Origin: Octopus vulgaris
Taxonomy: Eukaryota
Length of the DNA: 64,000 nt
Assembly: GCA_951406725.2 (NCBI GenBank)
Contig: OX597815.1
Span: 91,016,001-91,080,000, forward strand
Direction: 5' to 3'
The notes below the pieces were generated by a model. That model searched no databases. It saw nothing but the letters and a program-made list of their open reading frames with translations, and had not been told where the DNA came from. Below, in pieces: positions 1-12,949 of this stretch (its first letter is position 1; each line of letters starts with the position of its first letter). The position numbers and the translations under genes were made by a program.

Positions 1-1800
1 TTAGCATCCATAATTATGTAGACGATTATATTTCCCGCGCGGTTGGGACTTTAATCTGTTATAACATCATGCAGGACCATATTATAACACTGAAACAACA
101 TCTTTAGTAGAGAAGAGTTCAACAATATCTCGCATAAGTACATGGACGTTTTAACATTTTAAGCAAAGTTAACGAACTCGAGGAACGACATGAAAATTAA
201 GACTTACTTCTCTTCAGGGAGTATTCAGGGAGTATAACAACAACGAAAACAAAAATAGATCACAGACCAGTTTACTGGGAAGACGGTACACAATTACTAG
301 AGACAAAATTCACAGTCATGGATGGGGTATATTTCATGAAGAGCTTGGCGTATACAATTCAATGAAACAATATGATAGTAAACCAATAAAGACTATGTAA
401 CTTCTATTAGAAAAGATAACAATCATTAACTGACTAGAAATGTAGACTTTGTAAACTGAGGACATTAACCTCATCATTCTTAACTGCTTGAGAACGCCCT
501 AGAGATACTGTCTTCCCATGAAACACTATGATATATACATAGCAATCTACAATAAATTAGGAAAATAAGAATCTAACAACTAATGAAGATAAAAGCTTCG
601 GAACTGATTGGCAAAATAAATACTGAATAAAAACTAGAAATAAAACCAACAATGAAATTAAAACGCAGCTACTTACGTTAATTTAGTCTATCGAAGAAAT
701 GCAGATGAAATACTTGTAAAATATCTTAGGACCACCGGTGAACTGGTGAGAAGTTTACACATACAGAAACAAACATATAAGTTCGGCTTTAAGCCTATTA
801 AAGCTAAGTACTAATACACGCACAAGAGCATAAGTTTTAGCAAAGGGTATAATCTATTCCGATATCCTCATACTTGACTGGTACTTACCTCATAGACATC
901 AGAAGGATGAGAAACGTCAACCTCGATGGGATATGAATTTAGAATATATAAGAGCGTCGCTAAAACGTCACAATAAATTTTGTTCGTCGTGATATTGATT
1001 CTAAAACGTATTGTCTCTCTATATAGTGATTTATATTGTATGGAGAATGGTAGATAACAAGTTGGAGCTTCGGGCAAAATTCCTGATAATATTTAATTCT
1101 GGCCCTTTACGTACTGATTTCAAATCTAGCCGCAATCAAATTTGCAATTAATTTCAGAGTCAATAAAATATATAACTACTGAAGTACCACATTTTGATTT
1201 GATCGACTGTATCCATTTCAAAATGTGTGGCCTGAGACAATGCTAGATATAAATAAGCTAACGATCCGTATTCATAAGCTGAACATGAATTCACAAGGGA
1301 GTTGGCAACACAACATATGCTAAATATAATCATGATACCAGGAACAAAGGTCTTCATATATATATATCGGGTGTACAGACAATTTTGTCCAACATCCAAA
1401 CCTATCTTTTGCCTCTCTCGCTACACTTTTAATTGGTGATCCAAATTTACACCATATCTATCACTCAACCTCAATATTTGGTCTTCATTTTTGATTTAAA
1501 ATACAAAATACCCGAGCATCAAATCGTTATATGCTACACTCCTGAGGGCAAGTTAAGTTTAACATCTTCCGAACTTTATAGTGAGTGGCTGTTAGCCAAG
1601 TAACCCATTACAAGTTTTCTCAGATTCCGAATTTTCCCCTTATATTTTTAAAACAATACCTTTAGCGCTAGATAATGAAGGGCATTTTCATGGCTATTAT
1701 CGGAAACTGTATAAGCAACCCGTGGTAAAAATTTCGATAACTCAAAGAAACGGTCGTTTAATTTCGGCCGCTCACCATAGAAAATATGTCTATGTGAGTA

Positions 1801-1860
1801 TGTGTGTGTGTGTGTACGCACAGCATATATGTCTACATATATGGTGTACCTATGTGTATG

Positions 1861-1912
<52 letters not shown>

Positions 1913-2015
1913 TGTATGTATGTATGTATGTATGTATGTATGTATGTATGTATGTATGTATGTATGTATGTGTGTATGTATGTATGTATGTATGTATGTA
2001 ATTATGTATGTATGT
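1801..2015. repeat. compound microsatellite (TG)n-(TA)n-(TATG)n
   Basis: Direct reading of tandem units. Confidence 0.95.
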
Positions 2016-2619
2016 AGCAATGAGTTTTTGTGCCTATGTGTCTACGTTGTTCATCGAATATCAGAATGTTTGATTTTTCATTTTGCTTGAATTTTGCATT
2101 ATTTTTTTTATTTTTCTTTACTATTTTTCATTTTGTTATTACATTTTTTTGTTTCCAGGTTATGTTTAATTAATATGTTTGATTTTTATCAGAAGTTAAA
2201 TCAGACAGAAATGAATTGGAAAAAAAAAATATGAATTGTACAAATAAATAAGAAAATAAATAAGAAAATTAAAGAACTTTGCAAATATAACATCGAAAGT
2301 AATGTGAACTTACATACATACATGCATACATAAATATACATACACAGACACATACACATATGCACACAACCTATACATATACACATAGCGTACAAAAATA
2401 CTCGTACGCATAGACGTATACGCACATTACCCACGCTGATATATTTAAACTCTTTCACACTTAGACATCTTTTTTTACCTTCATTTCATAATCTTCCATA
2501 CCTTCTGGCCTCGTGTCGACGTATCCTTCCTTGTTCCTTCACTTTCTACATCACTACATCGTCAATTTATATTTTTTTAATTTGAATATCAATCTACTTG
2601 TTTTCCAGTCGTCTGTAAT

Positions 2620-2637
2620 GAAATATATATATATATT

Positions 2638-2716
<79 letters not shown>

Positions 2717-2845
2717 TTATATATATACATACATATATACATATATATATACATATTTATACATATATATATACATATTTGCCTGTATATACGTGCGTGT
2801 GTGTGTGTATGTATATATATACACACACATATATATATATAAATG
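2620..2845. repeat. degenerate (TA)n/(TACA)n microsatellite
   Basis: Direct reading. Confidence 0.9.
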
Positions 2846-3185
2846 TGTGTCTGTGTGTACGTATTATGTGGGTATATTTATGCGTGTGATGATAAATATG
2901 TGCTGTACGAGAGGGTTATTTGAAGGAAAAAACAGTATTGGATATATCAACATATCTTGAAACGAATATCTGAGATGTAAATCAACTATTTTGATTGTTA
3001 AAATCGACATTAAATTTATTCTTATTACAATGCTAACGATTCTGGTTATAATGATGATAATGATAAAGATAATGATTTTTGAGCTTCAACGTAAGGCCTA
3101 GGAAGTATGGATAATATTGAACCTAGTAATTCACTAGTGTTGTCGAAGTGTTCATTCTTCGTCGTTTGACCCATGGCTACAATTC

Positions 3186-3251
3186 TGAACGGACGAAATG
3201 CCACTAATTATTTTGCCCGGCGTGCCAACGATTCTGCCAGCTCCTCGCCTT
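3186..3251 (-). mobile_element. SINE 5' fragment (family starting ggcggcgagctggcagaatcgttagcacgccggg)
   Basis: Reverse complement matches the head of the copies at 50017, 54167 and 61255. Confidence 0.75.
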
Positions 3252-3511
3252 GTTTATGGATAATAGTAACACCAGAAACTCATTCGTATTTCTTAAAACC
3301 ATCTACTTTCAAAAGTGTACCTGATAATGCTGATCACTCCTACACATTATGCAATTTAAAAACTATGCATAAGTACCCAAATGAAGGTATACAGATGAGA
3401 CTGTTTAACAACACATTGTCGTCAGTTAGCATTGTCAACTGAAAGAAAACAACAATTACCCTGTCATTATGCTGTAACTGATGATGTGCAGAAATGCGCA
3501 GGAACTGTAAC

Positions 3512-3608
3512 ATATGTATGTATGTTTGTATGTATGTATGTATGTCTGTATGTATGTATGTATGTATGTATGTATGTATGTATGTATGTATGTATGTATG
3601 TATGTATA
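3512..3608. repeat. (TATG)n microsatellite
   Basis: Direct reading. Confidence 0.95.
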
Positions 3609-3624
3609 GAGTCTGTTCATAAGA

Positions 3625-4650
3625 AGACAAAATTACTTTTTTATAATATATAGTTTTACTTACAATATGATTAACATAATCTCTGCATTTTTGATGCACA
3701 TTTCTCAATGTTTTCCAGCTTTGAAGCGCGTCCTGGAACGCATTTATAAGAGCAGTGCCTATATCTCGTAGCAAATTTTGTTTCATCTCTCCTATTACGT
3801 GAAATCCGTGATTAAAACGGGTGGATTTACACTTTGAAGACAAAACGAATATACGCAGAGGACTAATATGGAGATTAGAACGGCTGCGACTGCATGAGAC
3901 AAAAGAATAACTATGTTATACGGGACTCAGCATCCACGTTTGGTTCGAATAATTTCTCAGACTTCTTTCGTTCAACTGCTATTTTCCAAATGTCTCAAGA
4001 CATCCAAGTAAAAAGTTTTATTGGGTGTCTGACAAAATAGAAAAAAATGATGAAATTCGGCCTTCCAAATGAAAATGACAATAAATATGGCCGTCACATT
4101 CAGGTAACTCTATAGTGCTTTCTTTCTGATCGCAGCGACGATAGTCCAACTTTATGCTACTACTACTTAGTCTCAATATTCGAAATCGTACACTGTAGCT
4201 TCATCATGTGTTATGACATTTTCAGAAAGTTTACATCAATATCCGAAAGAGCAAACACCCCTGATTGATTGTAAGATGGTTCTCCTTTGGTTAATGCCAA
4301 CAAAGATGGCACAAATTTTGTGGCAACACGATGCATTTTCAATTCTTCTTTTAAAATTATGTGGCACGAACGTTTAGGTATTTAATTTTCATGAAGCATA
4401 GCACACACTTCTGCCGAGTGATTGGCGTCCGTTTTCGTGGAAGGCCGTCCAGATTTCATACCAACATTGATGGATGTTCCTTTCGACTTGAAACACTAGT
4501 ACTACGCAGGGCATTGCGTACAATAATCCTACCCATATGTTTGATAGAACTGTAGAAATTCCCCGTAAAAGTTTTCACTATTTTAAACAGTTTTTCACAA
4601 AAACACGTTGTTCTTCAAAACCATTCATTTTCTTCAGGTCGAATAGTGCA
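3625..4650 (-). mobile_element. degraded mariner-type element
   Basis: Minus ORF 3340..3843 begins KCKSTRFNHGFHVIGEMKQNLLRDIGTALINAFQDALQSWK...DY, resembling the mariner C-terminus (LKGRRF..IEEIK......L.......FQ..F..WK.RW..C....GDY). 4300-4640 resembles the N-terminal part. Boundaries approximate. Confidence 0.55.
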
Positions 4651-4654
4651 TCTC

Positions 4655-4970
4655 GCTCAAAAGGTCCCTGAATAAGGGTCGTCTGAGAGTGTTGAACGAA
4701 ACACCCACGTTTCCACAAGGTGAATTATCCAAACCCCAAGGAATTCCTCTCAACACATGGCTATGATGCTCCCCACTACTTCTGCTCGTGATCAGAGATG
4801 CAGATATCGGCAGTCACTAAGGGACATGCTGAATTGGTTAAGACCAAACAACTAACAAGCAAATCTGTGGTATTGAGCAGATTATTTGCTGTAGCCCTTT
4901 ATTGATACCAGAACAAAGCAATGTGCATGCTAACACTTCCAATCAGTTAAGATAAGCCATGAGAGCCATT
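4655..4970. mobile_element. interspersed repeat (SINE-like) abutting an (ATT)n tract
   Basis: GC-richer block resembling a recurrent octopus repeat as I recall it; single copy in this window. Confidence 0.4.
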
Positions 4971-4974
4971 GCAT

Positions 4975-4981
4975 TTATTAC

Positions 4982-5023
<42 letters not shown>

Positions 5024-5040
5024 TGTTATTATTATTATTA

Positions 5041-5080
<40 letters not shown>

Positions 5081-5172
5081 CATTATTATCATTATTATTA
5101 TTATTATTATTGTTATTATTATCATTATTATTATTATCATCATCATCATCATCATCGTTATTATTATAATTA
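4975..5172. repeat. (ATT)n/(ATC)n trinucleotide microsatellite
   Basis: Direct reading. Confidence 0.95.
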
Positions 5173-5225
5173 TATAAACCGTTCACTTCGGCTACATGTA
5201 ACAAAGTTTCGTAGACGTCTCAGTT

Positions 5226-5293
5226 TGTGTGTGTGTGTGTGTGTGTGCGTGTGTGTGTGCGTGTGTGTGTGCGTGTGTGTATGTGTGTGTATG

Positions 5294-5324
<31 letters not shown>

Positions 5325-5363
5325 TGTGTGTGTGTGTGCGTGTGTGTGTGTGTTTGTACATAT

Positions 5364-5405
<42 letters not shown>
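5226..5405. repeat. (TG)n then (TA)n microsatellite
   Basis: Direct reading. Confidence 0.95.
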
Positions 5406-5408
<3 letters not shown>

Positions 5409-5649
5409 AAGATTACGATAGAGACGAGTATAAAATATTAGAGATCTAGGTCTTTCATACTAACTGTAACAAAATGCCGTTAAGTGTTCTCCAGATGATC
5501 CAATGCGGTTAGGCATCCAAATGCACTTGGAGCATCTAACGCTGAGTTCAAAATATCTGCAGAAGTGAAACCTATGTAAGAAGTAATAACTTATACTTGT
5601 ATTTATCTTCATTTGGGACGTCCTGAGGGGCAAATTAGATCGATAGTTT

Positions 5650-5899
<250 letters not shown>

Positions 5900-6155
5900 A
5901 TATCTTCATATTTCTGCTACATATGTTCTGTGTACCATAACCAGTACTACTACTAAGTACAGTGGTAGGCCAACCACTAATTATACTGGAAGCTGACTAC
6001 ATAATGATAATCTACGTGGAGCTCTAACTCATAAATTTAGAGTCAAACATCTGTCTGTACACACAATATATAAATACATCCACCACACACTCGCACGCGC
6101 ACACACACTCATACACACACACACACACACACACATGTATGTATGTATATGTATC

Positions 6156-6262
<107 letters not shown>

Positions 6263-6576
6263 GGATACACATACATATACATACATTTATACACACATAC
6301 ATATACATACATATAAACACGCATACATATACATACATATACACACACATACATACATGTACACTTGCGATATTTACATAATACACAATTATACACATAT
6401 ATGCATATGCGTGTTTCTATACTTTTTATACATCTGTCTATTTGTGAACACATCCCAGTAACTGTATGCAACACTTATTCAAATTTATTTCTGTGTATTT
6501 AATTTGTATCCATTTTTTCCCTTCTATGTATGCGAATAAAACCATGTGTAGAAACGCTTACATTGAGATCGTTATT

Positions 6577-6645
<69 letters not shown>

Positions 6646-6954
6646 ACACATATCCGTATATATTTAATTAAATAGAAATTTATTATATACTACGAAAAAA
6701 ACAAATCAGAATAATTAGAACTGAGAATAGAGATAGCCTGACACTCAACATATTTCTTTGTTTATATATACATATGTTCTTTAAAAAATCTTACCTCATT
6801 AACTCCTGCATATATATATATATATATATATGTGCGTGTATACTTGTTTGTGTTTGGGGTGTATCTTGGTGTTATTGACACGCACATTTACATATATATA
6901 CCATATAAATATTCTTGCTACATATAATTCATATTATACATAAACACACGCGCA

Positions 6955-7166
6955 AATATATATATATACATATATATTTGTGTGTGTGTGTGGTATTTGT
7001 CTTTATCTATGTATAAATATATGTATATACATATGTGTATATATATATATGTACTCACATATGTATATATATATGTATATATATGGTATTTATGTTTATC
7101 TATGTGTGTATATATATGTATACATACATACATATATATATTTATATACATATATCTGTACACAAA

Positions 7167-7198
<32 letters not shown>

Positions 7199-7213
7199 GA
7201 TAGATAGATAGAT

Positions 7214-7308
<95 letters not shown>

Positions 7309-7340
7309 AACATATACACATACACACACACACATACACA
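6955..7340. repeat. compound (TA)n/(TG)n/(GATA)n low-complexity tract
   Basis: Direct reading. Confidence 0.9.
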
Positions 7341-8515
7341 AATGTCTTTATTGTGATGAATATTTAAATAATTCCTATTCGTTTTTGTTCTTCTCACGAA
7401 ACCAAAATTCTCTGCTATATTTTTATAGATTTTTTCCTCTATATTTTGGGATGCATTTATTTATTTGTTTTTCAAATTAATGCTTTTGTTAAAATAGACA
7501 ACAGAAATTGTAGTCGTCTTGTTTATATCTATTTATCGGAGTAAAGCATTGTGTAACTACTATGTATAATAAAATGTTATTGTTTAAAAAATAATGATTA
7601 CAATAATTATCACGTTGATGAGAAGGACGGCAATCATTGAAACTATAGAGTTTAGGAATAAATGCCTTCCAGAATTCAGATTCGTCCTCTTCGATAGTAA
7701 GTTCAAATCTTACTATATGTCAATAATTTCAAAAGAGTCGTGTTAATCCTAACATATATTGGCCTAGAGTTATTTATTTGCAATTACATATAATAATAAA
7801 TGTATTATTATACTTACAATATAATAATAAAAGTATACACTTATACCTGCTCCAGCCAAATGGCTGGAGACTAATGCATATCAACATTTAGGAGGCACAT
7901 TTGAGCGTTTATATAATCGCCCACACGCATTATACATCTTGAAGAGTCTAAGTTTTTACTATTATTTAGAGATACCGAATGGTTAATGTAACATTTTTAT
8001 TAACCGGATGAGAACGAGTTGCGTTTATGACTTTTATAAGCTTGCCAGTCTGGTGAGGTCGATGCAAATGATATTCCATATGAATTTGTGTATGATGACA
8101 CATATATAAATAAAGATATAAATTGCTTGAAGATATAAATTCCAGATGGCTTTAATTCTGTGGCTGAAATTTTCAGCAGTTTTTTATTGCATGGATTTGG
8201 AAATAATGGATGAACTGTAGTATAGATGATTAGAGAAATATGATGTGTACGATAGGTGGGCTACAGAAGAAGTGGTACACCATTTATTTGTTCAGAAGAG
8301 CGAACTGAAATCTTTGAAGTAGAGTGGTAAGAAAGGACATATCTGTGAGGTTGTAGCGTGATGGTGGTTGAGTTTTCGCTTTTTTAAATGTGAGACTGTA
8401 TTTGTATGTACCAGATGCACTATCACAGAAATCAGAGAAGTGATTTAATTTTGCTTCAATTTTGTGAAAGATGAGCAACTAGTGTTAGAATTGTTTCTTT
8501 CTTTTCTGCAACATA

Positions 8516-9235
8516 CGAAGTGATATCAAAGTTCCTGGACTAGTTATGCAGCACACCAACGATTGTGTGTGCAGTGAGAGGTTGGACTGACCTTTATGAG
8601 GCAGTGTGCCGAGTGACATCTCTGTGTTTACTTCGCACGTTGTAAAATTTGTATTTTTGTCTGATCACGAGTATGTTGTAGTCAGATTTTGTCATGGACA
8701 GGAACAAAGAGCCAACATGATACTTTGCGTTAAACTTGGGAAGTCTGCTACAGAGACATTCAGCATGCTTCAACAAGCTTATGGCGATGAGGCAATGGGT
8801 CCTCAGGGACAGACCGTGTGTCGAGAGTTCTACTGCAACGCTTTGAAGCGTTTGAGTGGGGAACATTCGGCGAAAGCGACCGGATCTGTGGTGGGCAAGG
8901 TATTGGATTCTTCACCAAGCTCTCCTCATTCGTGATTTTTTTTTTTACCAAAAACAACATAGTATTGCTTCCGTATCCACCCCATTCGCCAGATCTAGCA
9001 TCTGCGGATTTCTATCTCTTCCCCAAGATTAAAATGCAACTCAAAGGTCGCCGTTGTCGAGATACAGAGCGACTCGCAGAAGGTCCTCGATTCGCTTACG
9101 GAAAACGACTTCCAGGCTAGATTCCAAAATTCTATTGCTTCACAAGGTGACTGTTTCGAAGGAGATGATGCTAAAACTTAGGTAAATAAGTTATTTCCAT
9201 TAAATATAACTAGTCCTCAAAACTTCTGATACCAC
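8516..9235 (+). mobile_element. internally deleted mariner element
   Basis: Imperfect TIRs (cgaagtgatatcaaagttcctggactagtta / taactagtcctcaaaacttctgatacc). N-terminal EQRANMILCVKLGKSATETFSMLQQAYGDEAM and C-terminal LPYPPHSPDLASADFYLFPKIKMQLKGRR mariner motifs. Confidence 0.85.
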
Positions 9236-9424
9236 AGAAGGTGAAACCGTGATGAATAATCAAAGGTGACCCGGGAGTTCTTGGATGCTTTTCGTAACCA
9301 CGATTATTCGTGTGGGTTTACTAGAGTTTTACTAGGGTTCCCCTAGTCTATTCTTATTAACTACAACTATGGCGGTTTCATTTACTGACAACGCTCAGCA
9401 ATATTTGCACATAGTAGTATGTAA

Positions 9425-9598
9425 GCAATTGACAACCGATGCTGGTGTGTGTACGTCCCCGTAACTTAGCGGTTCGGCAAAAGAGATGGATAGAATAAGT
9501 ACTAGGCTTACAAAGAATGTCCTGGGGTCGATTTGCTCGAGTTAAGGCGGTGCTCCTGCATGGCGCAGCCATATGACTGAAACAAATAAAAGAATACC
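9425..9598 (+). mobile_element. SINE 3' part (cgtccccgtaacttagcggttcggcaaaagag ... tgactgaaacaaataaaagaata)
   Basis: Related copies at 10540-10655 (-) and 11960-12125 (-). Confidence 0.8.
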
Positions 9599-9914
9599 AA
9601 CACCAACACGCACACACAAACATACACACATACATATATCCATACATAAAACACATATAGAAAGACGTACACACACACAAGTACATATATATAAAACACA
9701 TATAGTGTGACATACACACACACACACATACACACTCACAAATGTAGGGCCGTACACATAAACACGCAAAGAAACATACATATACTCGTAATCATTCACA
9801 TATATCCGTACATATATACACACACATAGACATGTGTGTACAAAAAAGGGCAGATGAGAGGAAGAAGAATTAGATAGATCAAGAATAAAGAAATGGAATT
9901 TTTTGGTGAGCTCA

Positions 9915-10200
9915 TCTATTATGTAAAATTCGTTCTGTCTGTCTGTGTGTGTGTGTCTTCTAGGATCTCGGTCATCCTCCATCCGATTGCGATCAAATTT
10001 GATATGTACATATCGACGGTACCAGGGCGTGTATAGGTATTGAAAAAATTACAAAATCGATTCCAGGTGAGAATGCGATCGATAAAGCCGTGGGAACGTG
10101 CATTTGTACGCGCAAGTTCGGTTGCATATTTGCGTGAATAAAATCGTTTTTCTTTGGAATAGAAAAAAATCTATCTTTATTTCCTCTTTTGCTGGTGTCT
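9915..10200 (+). mobile_element. probable non-autonomous Helitron 5' fragment
   Basis: TC start, then tattatgtaaaattcgttctgtctgtctgtgtgtg...ccatccgattgcgatcaaattt, the same 5' architecture as the Helitron at 17482. No 3' CTAG end found. Confidence 0.45.
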
Positions 10201-10539
10201 CAAATTTAGGTTAAATCAGTGTTTCTCAAAGGGGAGGCCTATAAGACGGTCGGACAAGTTGTTTTGAGAAAATTTGGTTTAAATGTTTGACAACTCAGCC
10301 CCGTCCATTGGACGTTTTGCTCGTTTTAGTATGAAAGGGTTCTATAAAGCCAAGTTAATGACAAACGTATCTCCCAGCAAGTCTATTTGCCAATATGGTC
10401 ACAAACATACACATGTATTCAGTTTTCACACAATGTTCATACATATATATACACAAATACACACGCACTCACACACATATATACATATACACACACACAA
10501 ACACACACGCATACACATTCACACAATATGTCTAATCTT

Positions 10540-10655
10540 TTTACTTGTTTACAGTGGCCATGCTGGGGCACAATCTTGAAAGATTTTTAGTAGAATTAAT
10601 GGACCCCCAGTACATTTTTAAGCCTATTCTATCGATCTCTTTTGCCGAACCGCTG
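10540..10655 (-). mobile_element. SINE 3' part
   Basis: Reverse complement of the 9425 family (tcttttgccgaaccgct, ggccatgctggggca). Confidence 0.75.
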
Positions 10656-10656
10656 A

Positions 10657-10680
10657 TAGCTAGCTAGCTAGCTAGCTAGC

Positions 10681-10753
<73 letters not shown>
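10657..10753. repeat. (GCTA)n(GATA)n microsatellite
   Basis: Direct reading. Confidence 0.95.
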
Positions 10754-11134
10754 TTTTATACACGAGTTCTTCTAACACCAATGTAAACTTCCTTTAATCA
10801 AGTCATCCTTGGCTTGAAGTGTAGCTTGGGGTCTACCCGACGTCTGGATAATTTCCTGTTTCCGAGGTTCCGCTAGCTATGAAACATACGTAACTTGAAT
10901 TTTATCGACTCCATTCTCAAATGTTTTTATGTTTATTCGCAAATACATCAACCCTGTTGCTAAACGTGAACTATAAAATTAACTTTTTTCAGCTTTGATA
11001 TTGAAAAATTTCACAACCTTCTACGGCAAGAAACCACTATTGTTCCTGAAAGCTATTGTTTATATCTTCTACAGATTGCTTGAAACTTACTAATTTCCTA
11101 CACCTTGACCTTTGGTACCTTTATATATATATAT

Positions 11135-11281
11135 AAAGATTCAATTGAATTAGGCATTTAAGTTGAGGCACCAAGTCAGTTACGTATGGTCCCCGCAGCT
11201 CGATGTTAGTTGAATAAAAAGCAAATAAGTAACAAGGATGTCCAGTATCAGTGCATTACGGCCGTTTCAAGCGGCTCCATT

Positions 11282-11282
<1 letters not shown>
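11135..11282 (-). mobile_element. (TA)n-embedded Penelope-like/retrozyme fragment with hammerhead 3' half
   Basis: Flanked by TA tracts. Minus strand carries GAAAC-ggcc-GTA (about 11257-11268), also seen at about 51848. The left end resembles the element at 48811. Confidence 0.45.
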
Positions 11283-11369
<87 letters not shown>

Positions 11370-11959
11370 ATGATATGGTACGCTCGGATACGATATGATA
11401 CGGTATGATATGTATGAAAAGATGTTTCTTAACAGTACAGTTTACTGTATTTTAACGCCGAGTCTCCATTTTTACTATAAATGTTGTCGTTTCTGTCAGT
11501 GGTAGCGCAAAATTCGGAAAAGACGATGATGAACGCATCGTTATCTTAATCTCTATGTTTCACATGTGTAATAACTTAGCGTACATCTTGCAAGCTTTAG
11601 TAAACACCAGGAAATGAAATGTTTGTTGATTTCTATAGAGGAAAAGATCTACTAAGCTAGATACAGACGAGTGAGATGATGTGTGTCTGTGGGGAGACGA
11701 AATTACGCCGATAAACACTAATGTCTGACAGTCTGCTGAAGTATTTTGGAGCACTTGATTTAACACAAATTCTCTTAGAAGAATATTATCGGAGACTAAT
11801 TTGGACAGCGGGCGCTGTTCTACGTTTTCATGTGTACACGAAATAGTTGTCAATTATGTAGACATAGTTATTTTTATTTCTATTGTTTCAATTGCTTATA
11901 ATGTGTGTGTGTATACATATATATATATGTGGAGTGTATGTACATATATAATGCATGCA

Positions 11960-12125
11960 TTCTTTTATTCTTTTACTTGTTTCAGTGATTTGACTGCGGC
12001 CATGCTGGAGCACACACCCCCGGACTTATTCTTTGTAAGCCTAGTACTTGTTCTATCAGTTTCTTTTTCCGAACCGCTAGATTACGGGGACGTAAACACG
12101 CCAACATCGATGGTCAAGTGATGAT
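11960..12125 (-). mobile_element. SINE 3' part
   Basis: Reverse complement of the 9425 family. Confidence 0.8.
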
Positions 12126-12199
12126 GTAGGGACAAAGACACACAAATATATTCATATATATATATACTTTATTTAAAAGCAGCAGAAATTCAACAAAAG

Positions 12200-12237
12200 C
12201 TGTTACTCGGAGTTTCACGTTCCCGTTCGTCGGACAG
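12200..12237 (-). ncRNA. minimal type-I hammerhead ribozyme-like motif (U4C core)
   Basis: Minus strand: ctgt CCGACGA acg-ggaa-cgt GAAAC tccga GTA acag. Stem I extends as aacaaaa/ttttgtt. Short insert between TA tracts; second copy at 51168. Confidence 0.65.
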
Positions 12238-12253
12238 TTTTGTTAAAATAGAA

Positions 12254-12302
<49 letters not shown>

Positions 12303-12415
12303 GTACAAAAAATTCAGGGTGGATACTTGATAACTGTAAGCACCTGTATATGCCAGCTAGTGGTGTAGGTGATAGGATATATTTATCAAAAGAAAAACAG
12401 GATGCAAAGGGTTTT

Positions 12416-12502
12416 GCAGTACATATGTTTCTGGCATTATTGAACAATTTATATCAATGCATAATTGATATAACATGTAGGTCAACAGCCTTCTTCAGCC
12501 GC
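12416..12502 (-). ncRNA. type-I hammerhead ribozyme motif with extended stem II
   Basis: Minus: gcgg CTGAAGA aggc[...ttatatcaat-tatgc-attgatataa...]gcca GAAAC atat GTA ctgc. Palindromic ACATATGT stem-III loop. Confidence 0.7.
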
Positions 12503-12781
12503 GTACAATTACCACACCAAAGACATATATTACATTATAGCAGGTTTGAGAAAAAGTTTGGGAAAAAAACGAGTTTCATTGGGAAGGTAAATCCTCATAG
12601 TCGTATTTGGCATAGCGAGACACCAAAACAAAAGGGTATGGACGCTTTGTTTTTGTTTTGGTATCCCGCTATGCCGTATACGACTATGAGGATTTACCTT
12701 CCCAATGAAACTCGTTTTTTTCCCAAACTTTTTCTCAAACCTGCTATAATGTAATATATGTCTTTGGTGTGGTAATTGTAC

Positions 12782-12868
12782 GCGGCTGAAGAAGGCTGTT
12801 GACCTACATGTTATATCAATTATGCATTGATATAAATTGTTCAATAAAGCCAGAAAAATATGTACCGC
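12782..12868 (+). ncRNA. inverted copy of the hammerhead motif (GAAAC mutated to GAAAA)
   Basis: gcgg CTGAAGA aggc...gcca GAAAA atat GTA ccgc; perfect stem I. Confidence 0.55.
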
Positions 12869-12897
12869 AAAACCCTTTGCATCCTGTTTTTCTTTTG

Positions 12898-12946
<49 letters not shown>

Positions 12947-12949
<3 letters not shown>

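Larger units (their letters stand above)
12298..12906. mobile_element. (TA)n-embedded fold-back element A, arms 12377-12632 and 12651-12906, Penelope-like inverted pLTR
   Basis: About 255-bp inverted arms with about 170 bp identical in the middle, an 18-bp spacer and an 80-bp unique left extension. Hammerhead in each arm. Confidence 0.85.

Noticed and set aside
1-1000. Purine-rich non-repetitive block, possibly an old LINE
   Set aside because: No motif could be read with confidence.
5190-5226. Minus-strand CTGAGAC...GAAAC-ttt-GTT
   Set aside because: Core and stems too incomplete to call a ribozyme.
7800-8500. Possible retroelement ORF remnant
   Set aside because: No diagnostic motif found.
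11560-11853. 97-aa minus-strand ORF in unique sequence
   Set aside because: No recognisable domain or splice context.
12350-12844. Two opposite-strand ORFs with nearly identical protein sequence
   Set aside because: Artefact of the DNA palindrome; no protein motif.
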